NCBI GenBank assembly: GCA_965228735.1
Contig: OZ245838.1
Location: 1,344,001 to 1,408,000 of the forward strand
DNA from: Planctomycetota bacterium
GTDB taxonomy: Bacteria; Planctomycetota; UBA1135; UBA2386
Length of the DNA: 64,000 nt
Reading direction: 5' to 3'
The notes below the pieces were generated by a model. It saw nothing but the letters and a program-made list of their open reading frames with translations. It was not told the DNA's origin and ran no database searches. Shown piece by piece: positions 56,806-64,000 of the stretch. Positions within the stretch are counted from its first letter, which is position 1. Each line of letters opens with the position of its first letter. The position numbers and the translations under genes are program-made.

Positions 56806-59800
56806 CGCGTCGTCACCCGTTCGTCGAAGATGCGGGTCTGGCCCTCGTACTCGACCCGCACGCGCGAAACGCGCGCCGAGGTCTTCCAGCCGTGCGCCTG
56901 CTGCCCGATGAGGTCGAGCGCGCCGGGCTGATACATCGTCGAGAACCGCACCTCGATGCGGCTGCTCTGCGCGCCGATGATCCGCGGCTCGTCGTCCTCG
57001 CCGTTGCGCGTGAACTCGAACAGCCCCGGCGTCGTCGTCGGGTCCGCGGTCCACGGCGCGCGGCCGTTGGTCCGCACGTGACAGACGACGTCGACCGTGC
57101 TGTCGCGCACCTCTTCGCGCCACGAAATCGAGCGGAAGAACGCGGGCGCCGACGTGTGCGTGAGCTGCGCGTAGGCGAGCTCGGGATCATCCGAGCGGTC
57201 GGCGTGGCGATCCCAGTACCGGAACGGCCACTCGATCAGAGGTTGCCCCGAACTGGCGGAGTTCGGCGCGGTGCCGAAGCGCCCGCGGAACAGCCCGCGC
57301 GCGAGCGAGCTCGTGCCGGCCTGCCCCTCGGGATACCAGCGCGGCATCTCGAGCGTCACGTTGTCACCCTGCACGCGCATCCACGTGTAGTGCGCGAGCT
57401 CGTTGCCGAGGCGGAACGTGCCCATGCTCGGCATGGCGCCGCGACCCTGGACGCGGAACACGTTGTCCCGCGCCGCGGCCTGGCCGCTGAGGATCGCGAC
57501 GGGCCGGTTCGTCAGGAGCCGCACGCGCGCGCCGCGGTCGTGGTCGCGCTGTTCGGTGCCGAGCAGCCCGCGGCCGTTGGTCGCGATCGTGAACTGCCCG
57601 TTCACGAGGTCGCTGTAGGCCAGGATCTCGCCGTCGATCTCGAGCAGACCGCCCTGCCGCGGATAGTCCGCAGTCTGGTCGTTGGTCCAGGTGACCATCC
57701 CGGTCGTCGTGTGCGAGCTGTAGACCCGCACGAGGAACGTCTGCGCGTTCGCGGTGAACGCTTCGTCGACGACGAGCTGCGGCAGCCGGTGCTGCACCAC
57801 CTCGATCTCGTCGACGAAGCCCGCGATCGGCGAGTCGTTGCCGATGCCGGCACCGACCGGGACCTGCGCACAGTAGGCCGCGGGCAGCTCGCCACTCGGG
57901 AACTTGACCATCCGGTCGAAGCTGCGCGGGTCGGTGATCTGGTTGCGGTTCTGCGGCGGCCCGGTGAACAGGCCCCGCACGCCCTGCTTGAACGCCACGA
58001 GCTGGAACGGCCAGGGGCCGAGCAGTTCGCTCGGGGTGCGGTTGTTCGAGAGGTTGTCGGAGCGGTATCGGCGCGCGGCCCAGTTGACCGTGTGCCACTC
58101 GACGGTTGGCCGGCTGTCGCCAGACGCCGCGGAACCCTGGATCAACGCGACGCGATCGTGCCGGCCGGGCCGGCCGTTGAAGGCCCCGAAGTTGCCCCAG
58201 CTGCGCATGTCGAGCCGCTGGCACTGCATCACGATGGAGTTGCTGTGCGGGTGCGACGACGTGCGGTGGCTTCCACCGGTGCGGAAGTCGAGCATCATGT
58301 CGCCACGGAACGCGAGTCGAGCACGCGCACGATGGATCTGCGGAAAGTTGGCCTCGAGCTGCGGAACGTATCCGATGTAATCCGAAGTCGCCTGCACGTT
58401 GGGCCACGGCGGCGTCGTGGCGCCGGCCGGCGTTGCGCTCGGCCCTAGCGGCCCGACTTCGACGTTGGTCACGCCAACGACGTCCACGAGACCGTTGTAG
58501 GTCCAGTTCCACGCCGCGCGGTTGACGCGTGCGATGTGCTGGTTGCCGAGGATCGCGTCGTAACGCACCCACTCGGTGTCGTCGACATCGCCGCCGTCGG
58601 GCAACAACTGCACCCATTCGGTCAGCTGAGTGACCTGCGGATCCCATAGCGACCGCGGGTCCTGCACGGGCAGGGAGATCGGGATGACCCAGAGGATGAT
58701 GCCCGGGACGTTGTTCCAGTAGATCACCGGGTCCGCATTGCGGTCCCACGCCCAGTCGATGTTGTACTCGGTGATGAACTTGCGAGCGGTGCCGTCGTAG
58801 ATGTCGGAGTTGATCCGGCTGTCGTCGCCAGGCACGCTCTGCGCGCGTTGGACATCGACCAGCCTGGACCCATTCCGCGAGCCGTAGCGAATGACCTCGA
58901 TGCCCCCGGCCGGCTCACTGACGGCGATCTGCCCTTGGACGTTGGCCCGGAACTGCCAACGGCGTTGGAGCAGGAGTGCGTAGCCGCCGGTCTCCGGGAA
59001 TCCGTTGAAGATGTCCTCCTGCGCCGCGTTGGTCGGCATGCGGCGTTCGCCCTGCTGCGCCGGTTCGGGGTTCGCCAACTCGAGATCGCCCGCCCAATTC
59101 TCATCGAGGCCGCTGCCGATGTTGATCGGCCCCATGCCCTGGATCTGCAGCTGAATCGGTCGCGGACTGGTCAGGAACCCGCGCGCCACGGCAAACCCAC
59201 CGACTGCCGAACCGAGGCGCGTCTCACCCACCATCATCGGCGAGTCCGGCGACAGGAGGTTGCAGTAGCCGTAGAGCTCGACGCGCGCACCAACGGGGTG
59301 GGACGGGTACACGTCGAGGTTGACGCCCTGCAGCTGATCGATGTCGATCGACGGATTGCCCTCGGCATCCAGCGGGATATCCGGTCGATGCTCGCTCGCG
59401 ATCTGCCGCGCGCCGCGCCCCCCGAACGAGTCGAGCCACTGGCACTGGAACGTGTTGCCGCTCACCGCGGTGTACTCGAACAGCTCGGTGCCGATCCGCA
59501 GCACCCCCTGCGGCGGGAACCCATCCGCGTCCTCGACGTCGATGTTGAGGTAGCGCTGGTTGCCGGCACCCGGCGGGAACGTGTTCTGCGTGATCTGCGC
59601 CTGCGGATCGAACGCGTCGATCGGCGACGTGAGATACGTCACGAACTGCTGCTTGCCGCGCGGCACGCCGTCGACGTGCAGCGACAGGTCGTGCGGCCGG
59701 CCGCTCTGCGCCGAGACCGCGAGGTGTACGGGCGTGTCCGCCGGCAGGTTGATCTCCGCGAGCGGCACCTCGACGCGCAGCGACGTGCGCTCGACACCCG

Positions 59801-62009
59801 CCGGCGAATCAGCCGGGTTGGGATCGAGCCCCGCCTCGTCGAGCATCTCGAGCACGAGGTTGCCGTCGCGCCCGAGCAGCGCGAGCCGGTTGCGTTCGAG
59901 GTCGCCGTCGCCGTGATCGAGCAGCGTCACGCTGTCGAGCGTCTGCGGCTCCGCCCAGAACTTGACCGCGAACGGGTGCATGAACCCCATGTCCGCGCTG
60001 AACGGGAAGTTGATCTGGTGGCGGTTGCCGCCCTGCTGGGCGCCGCCGCTCCGGTTGGCCGGGCCGGTGTTCTGCATCAGGTACGGCCCGTCCTTGCTGA
60101 CGTCCTGCCCGCGCGGATCGAGCCCGAGCGCGAAGCTCTCGTAGCCGCGGATCGTGCGGGCCCACGTCACGGCGGGCGTCGACGCCGGCCCCGGACGCAT
60201 GCCCGCATCGACGTCGTCCTTCGACGCATAGCGCGGCGCGCCGAGCCCAATGCCCGGGAACGCGTGCGCGATCAGGTGCGGGTTGTGACGGCCCGCGGGA
60301 TCGACGCCGGCCTCGTTGGGCGGCACCGAACCGAGGTTGACCGGCGTCGTGAGCCAGAACGGCGCGCGCCGATCGAGGCGGAACGCATTTTCGAACTGTT
60401 CCTGCGTGCGCCAGTCGAGGTCGAGCTGGAAGCCCGGCACGGCGGCCGCGATGCCGACGCGCTCGTGGCGCGCCGCGATGTCGGCCGACAGCCGGCTGCG
60501 CTTGAGACTCGCCGCCGCGCGGAACCGGATCCACGGGCCGCTGTCGAAGCAGACCGGCGCGCTCCCCATCTCGAGGATCGCATCGCGCCCGGTGCGCAGG
60601 TTGCGATAGAGCAGCACCCACTGCATCTTCGACGCGAAGCCGTTCGCCGCATCGAGCCGCGGCACGAACAGGCGCTCGCAGAGATCCTGCCAGCTCCGGT
60701 ACGGCCCGTCGTTCTCGCGGCTGCTCACGATCTCGTCGACGAGCGCTTTCGCCGTGCGCCGGGTGATCGGCATCGGCGGCTGGGTCTGCTGGCGGCCACC
60801 CGCGTGCACCCGGATGTCGCTCGCGCGCCGGTTGTCCTCGAACACCGCCATGAGCACGTTGGCGGGCGCCGTGTTGATGTTGACGGGCGGCGGCACGAGC
60901 GGCTCGACGACGGTCGTGTCCGCGGCGAACGTCCGCGCCACCGGCATGAGCAGCTCGAGCCGGAAGATCGACGGCAGCACGAGGTCGCGCTGCGTGCGCT
61001 CCTGCATGTTCGTCGAGCGCATCACGACGTTGTACTCGACCGCGCCGCTCTCCATGTCGCGCAGCCGAACGGTGCTGCCCGCACCGACGTGGATCGCGTT
61101 CTTCACGCGCAGGCTGCGCGACAGCCCCGCCTGCATCGTGTCGAACACGCGCACGGGCCGCCCCCAGGTCGCCGACCGATGCGCCATCGTCGTGACGTGC
61201 AGCGCGGCTTCGAACTTGTCGATCTCCGGTTGCGAGAACTGGCCGATGCCGAACTCACCGACCTCGGCAAGCTCCGACACGGCAGCGTAGGGCCGGCGAT
61301 CGGCCACGGACGACGCGCGGCCGAGGTGCGGCCACGCGGCCGCGATCACGCAGCGGAAGTCGAGCGCGAGCAGCCGCACGGGATACGGCTCGGTCGGCTT
61401 GGCGAAGCCCTGGTCCTGGAACAACGCCCGTTCGAGCTCGAGGAGGCGATTGCCCTCCTTGCTGCCGTAGCGGATGACCTCGTGCCCGATCCAGAGGAAG
61501 CCCTCGTCGGGCAGCGATTCGGCCTGGTCGACGACCATCGCGCCCGCATCGGGCTCGAGCGGCTCGGCCAGGCGCACGGCCGTGCCGAGGACGTTCGCGA
61601 GCACGAGCGGCGAGGCCGCGTCGAGCGCCAGGTAGCGCTGCAGGTCCTCGACGCTGCCGCCGAGCGTGGTCCGCCCGTTGCTCTGCATCTGGGTCATCGC
61701 CTCGGGCAACACGACCCGGTCGGGCAGCTCCGCGAGCCCGTCGAACTCCGGATCCTCGTCGAACGGCGGATGCGACAGCACGGCATCGGCGATCAGCAGG
61801 TCGCGCACGCTCGCGGACGCCTGCTCGGCGCGCGCGGAGTCGACCTCACGCGCCGCGGCGTCGGCGCCCGCAGTCATGGACACGCTGAACGGCAGCGCCA
61901 GCAGCATCAGCAGCGTGAGCGCGAACAGCACCGCGAGCAGCGCAACGCCGCGCTCACCGCGCTCGAACCGACCGCGCGACTCGACTCGCGACATCAAGAC
62001 CGTCGTCAT
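56802..62009 (-). CDS. Giant GspK/PilX-like pseudopilin with LamG-like and repeated beta modules
   Basis: ERG-VALLAVL (no Glu5, as in GspK/PilX); VNINTAP GspK motif; split LamG-like strands (VKFWAEP, LHVDG, GFVDEIEV). Confidence 0.85.
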   Translation of the reverse strand: MTTVLMSRVESRGRFERGERGVALLAVLFALTLLMLLALPFSVSMTAGADAAAREVDSARAEQASASVRDLLIADAVLSHPPFDEDPEFDGLAELPDRVVLPEAMTQMQSNGRTTLGGSVEDLQRYLALDAASPLVLANVLGTAVRLAEPLEPDAGAMVVDQAESLPDEGFLWIGHEVIRYGSKEGNRLLELERALFQDQGFAKPTEPYPVRLLALDFRCVIAAAWPHLGRASSVADRRPYAAVSELAEVGEFGIGQFSQPEIDKFEAALHVTTMAHRSATWGRPVRVFDTMQAGLSRSLRVKNAIHVGAGSTVRLRDMESGAVEYNVVMRSTNMQERTQRDLVLPSIFRLELLMPVARTFAADTTVVEPLVPPPVNINTAPANVLMAVFEDNRRASDIRVHAGGRQQTQPPMPITRRTAKALVDEIVSSRENDGPYRSWQDLCERLFVPRLDAANGFASKMQWVLLYRNLRTGRDAILEMGSAPVCFDSGPWIRFRAAASLKRSRLSADIAARHERVGIAAAVPGFQLDLDWRTQEQFENAFRLDRRAPFWLTTPVNLGSVPPNEAGVDPAGRHNPHLIAHAFPGIGLGAPRYASKDDVDAGMRPGPASTPAVTWARTIRGYESFALGLDPRGQDVSKDGPYLMQNTGPANRSGGAQQGGNRHQINFPFSADMGFMHPFAVKFWAEPQTLDSVTLLDHGDGDLERNRLALLGRDGNLVLEMLDEAGLDPNPADSPAGVERTSLRVEVPLAEINLPADTPVHLAVSAQSGRPHDLSLHVDGVPRGKQQFVTYLTSPIDAFDPQAQITQNTFPPGAGNQRYLNIDVEDADGFPPQGVLRIGTELFEYTAVSGNTFQCQWLDSFGGRGARQIASEHRPDIPLDAEGNPSIDIDQLQGVNLDVYPSHPVGARVELYGYCNLLSPDSPMMVGETRLGSAVGGFAVARGFLTSPRPIQLQIQGMGPINIGSGLDENWAGDLELANPEPAQQGERRMPTNAAQEDIFNGFPETGGYALLLQRRWQFRANVQGQIAVSEPAGGIEVIRYGSRNGSRLVDVQRAQSVPGDDSRINSDIYDGTARKFITEYNIDWAWDRNADPVIYWNNVPGIILWVIPISLPVQDPRSLWDPQVTQLTEWVQLLPDGGDVDDTEWVRYDAILGNQHIARVNRAAWNWTYNGLVDVVGVTNVEVGPLGPSATPAGATTPPWPNVQATSDYIGYVPQLEANFPQIHRARARLAFRGDMMLDFRTGGSHRTSSHPHSNSIVMQCQRLDMRSWGNFGAFNGRPGRHDRVALIQGSAASGDSRPTVEWHTVNWAARRYRSDNLSNNRTPSELLGPWPFQLVAFKQGVRGLFTGPPQNRNQITDPRSFDRMVKFPSGELPAAYCAQVPVGAGIGNDSPIAGFVDEIEVVQHRLPQLVVDEAFTANAQTFLVRVYSSHTTTGMVTWTNDQTADYPRQGGLLEIDGEILAYSDLVNGQFTIATNGRGLLGTEQRDHDRGARVRLLTNRPVAILSGQAAARDNVFRVQGRGAMPSMGTFRLGNELAHYTWMRVQGDNVTLEMPRWYPEGQAGTSSLARGLFRGRFGTAPNSASSGQPLIEWPFRYWDRHADRSDDPELAYAQLTHTSAPAFFRSISWREEVRDSTVDVVCHVRTNGRAPWTADPTTTPGLFEFTRNGEDDEPRIIGAQSSRIEVRFSTMYQPGALDLIGQQAHGWKTSARVSRVRVEYEGQTRIFDERVTTR

Positions 62010-62962
62010 TGCTGTTCCTCCAGCGTCAGCAGCTTGACCTCGGTCGAACCGAGCGGCTCGCCCGTGGCGCTGAACTCGATGCGGTAGGGTCGGTCCGGCT
62101 GCAGTTGCGTGGGCAGGTACTGGGTCGGGCCGAAGCCGTAGGCGAACACCCGCAGCTCGTCGACCATGCCGGCGATCGCATCGTCGCCCGGCGAGACGAC
62201 GAGCTCGTCGCCGTCGTCCTGCAGCGGCCGACCGTCCGCGATCTCGCGGTCGACCTCACGGCCGTCGATCGTGAGCCAGCATTCGCGGCCGTCGCACGCG
62301 AATTCGACGGTGCTCCAGCGTCGCAGCGGCAGCGCCAGGTCGCTCTGCACGTTGGCGACGTTGCTCGCCTGCGCGGACCCACCGGTGAGCCTGAGCCGCG
62401 CCCACGGCCGGCTGTCGGCATCGAGCCGGAGGTCGACGACGCCGCCCCAGCTCAGCAGCGTCGCGTCACCGCGCGCCTCGAGGTAGACGTCGCAGCGGAT
62501 CGCGAAGCCGTCCGACAGATCCGCCACCGTCGGCGGCGCGGCCCAGCGCAGGATCGGCACCTCACGCTCGGGATCGTTGCGGCGCGCGTGCCCGAACCGA
62601 CCGTTCTCGACGTCGCGCCCGGCGATGACCGGCCGCAGCGTCTCGTCGGCGACCGGCTCGTCCGGTTCGAAGTGGAACGACACGACGGGCTCGAGCAGGC
62701 GTGAGCGCACGGTCGCCGGCTGACCGTCCACGCCCGGCACAACGATGACCTCGGTCGGCAGACCGCCGGCCCGCGCCGTCCACTGCGCCGCCCGCAGTTC
62801 GCCGCCGAGCACCGCGTCCGCGACCTGATACGGGTCCGTCCGCCCGAGATACCCGACCGCGAGTCCGAACAGCACGGCGAGCACACCGCAGACGACCATG
62901 AGTTCGAGCAGCGTGAAGCCCGCTGCCATCCGGTCCGCTCGGTTCGTCGTCGCTGCTGTCAT
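62006..62962 (-). CDS. GspH/FimT-like pseudopilin with a LamG-like domain
   Basis: AG-FTLLELMVV; RWSTVEF..DG..LTIDG, GMVDELRV; IEFSATG. Confidence 0.85.
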   Translation of the reverse strand: MTAATTNRADRMAAGFTLLELMVVCGVLAVLFGLAVGYLGRTDPYQVADAVLGGELRAAQWTARAGGLPTEVIVVPGVDGQPATVRSRLLEPVVSFHFEPDEPVADETLRPVIAGRDVENGRFGHARRNDPEREVPILRWAAPPTVADLSDGFAIRCDVYLEARGDATLLSWGGVVDLRLDADSRPWARLRLTGGSAQASNVANVQSDLALPLRRWSTVEFACDGRECWLTIDGREVDREIADGRPLQDDGDELVVSPGDDAIAGMVDELRVFAYGFGPTQYLPTQLQPDRPYRIEFSATGEPLGSTEVKLLTLEEQQ

Positions 62963-62984
62963 TCGGCGCTCGCGCTGGTTCTGG

Positions 62985-63629
62985 TCAGTTCCTGGGCCAC
63001 ACGATGTCGTCGTCCGTGCCGAACGTCCGGTCCTTGCCGGCGCTCACGAACTGGTATTTCCGCGCGCCGACGAAGTCACCGCCAGCGGTGCGCGCAGCCT
63101 GAACGTCCTGGCTCTGACCGTCGATGCCGACGATCGCCTGGGACTGCTTCATCGTGAACTTGGTGAAGTACGCGATCGGCGTGCCCCAGGCGTCCGCGAT
63201 CTCGATCCGGTCCGACCGCCCGCCGAGCAGCCGATGTTCGGCCCCGTGCTGGTCCTCGTCCGTGTTCACGATGTTCTGGTCGAGCCCGCCGAGATCCGTG
63301 CCGCCGCGCCGCGAATGGCTCACGAACGCGACGAGCGATTCGATGCCGGTGTTGCGACCGTTGTCGCGCTTCCAGCCGGCAGCGGCCTTCTCGAGCTCGT
63401 GCCCCTTCTCGGGGAATGTCATGTCCGCCGGCGGGTAGACCCCGTGCGACCGTTCGAACGACGAACACGCGCTGTCGAGCTGCACGAAGATCGCCTCCGT
63501 CTCGGCCGCGGCCGCCTCGTCGTTCGCGCCCATGATGTTGGGCAACAGCGCGGCGGCGAGCAGGCCGAGGATCGCGATGACGATCATGAGCTCGACGAGG
63601 GTGAATCCGGCGGTCTTGTAGTTCTGCAT
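62985..63629 (-). CDS. GspG-like major pseudopilin
   Basis: AG-FTLVELMIVIAILGLL; G.YP, DAWGTPI.Y, SAGKDRTFGTDDDI. Confidence 0.92.
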   Translation of the reverse strand: MQNYKTAGFTLVELMIVIAILGLLAAALLPNIMGANDEAAAAETEAIFVQLDSACSSFERSHGVYPPADMTFPEKGHELEKAAAGWKRDNGRNTGIESLVAFVSHSRRGGTDLGGLDQNIVNTDEDQHGAEHRLLGGRSDRIEIADAWGTPIAYFTKFTMKQSQAIVGIDGQSQDVQAARTAGGDFVGARKYQFVSAGKDRTFGTDDDIVWPRN

Positions 63630-63670
63630 CTCGATAGTTCTCAGCGGTACCAAACTCAACGCTCCCAAAC

Positions 63671-64000
63671 TCAACGTTCCTTATTGCGCTCCAGCACGTA
63701 GTCGTCGAACACCACGTCGCACTGCGCGCCAGGCTGCCCCTCGACGAACAGAACCGTATCGAGCGTGGTCTGGGTCGATCCGCTGAGCCGCTTGAGCTCG
63801 CGCTGGTGGATGACCTGACCGTCCCAGCTGACCATCAGCACGAACGTGTTGCCGGCCTGCTTGCCCTGCGGCAGCACGCGCAGTTCGAGGCGGTGCTTGC
63901 CCGAGCGCGTGAAGTTGCCGACGCCGAGGTCGGCCGCCTTGAAGCGCTCGACCTCCTTGTCGTCGATCACGAAGTAGGGTTCGCCGTCCCGGACGCCGAG
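63671..64000 (-). CDS. Hypothetical protein, C-terminal part (lectin/jelly-roll-like), 5'-partial
   Basis: Frame open to the window edge; HRLEL..VSWDG..VVFDDYVL. Confidence 0.7.
   Translation of the reverse strand, partial: LGVRDGEPYFVIDDKEVERFKAADLGVGNFTRSGKHRLELRVLPQGKQAGNTFVLMVSWDGQVIHQRELKRLSGSTQTTLDTVLFVEGQPGAQCDVVFDDYVLERNKER

Overview
High-GC bacterial chromosome segment, most likely from a Planctomycetota lineage (inferred from a DUF1580-like HTH, a Ser/Thr kinase-TPR protein, a DWPQYRG-type PQQ propeller and many Kelch/FG-GAP secreted proteins). All calls come from reading motifs by eye; no search was run. 1-9.1 kb is an accessory, recombination-scarred zone: an IS256 end cutting a copper radical oxidase gene, an FG-GAP protein, a phage-satellite-like module (HTH, Prim-Pol/AAA primase-helicase with an internal iteron/hairpin cluster, wHTH-TerS-like protein) and chimeric gene debris. 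From 2 to 32 kb, 8 intact secreted proteins with unrelated passenger domains share one ~130-150 aa C-terminal domain, and several relic fragments of it lie nearby; this is the best candidate for an undescribed sorting/surface-display system. Also present: a CDP-lipid cassette, a stand-alone adenylation enzyme, fdx-moeB-desulfurase genes, a DUF4388/MshEN/TPR/PEGA/PQQ signalling protein, a PEP-CTERM lipoprotein behind a sigma54-type promoter, transporters, tRNA-Glu, scpB, and a T2SS/T4P pseudopilin operon with a 1735-aa GspK/PilX-like protein.
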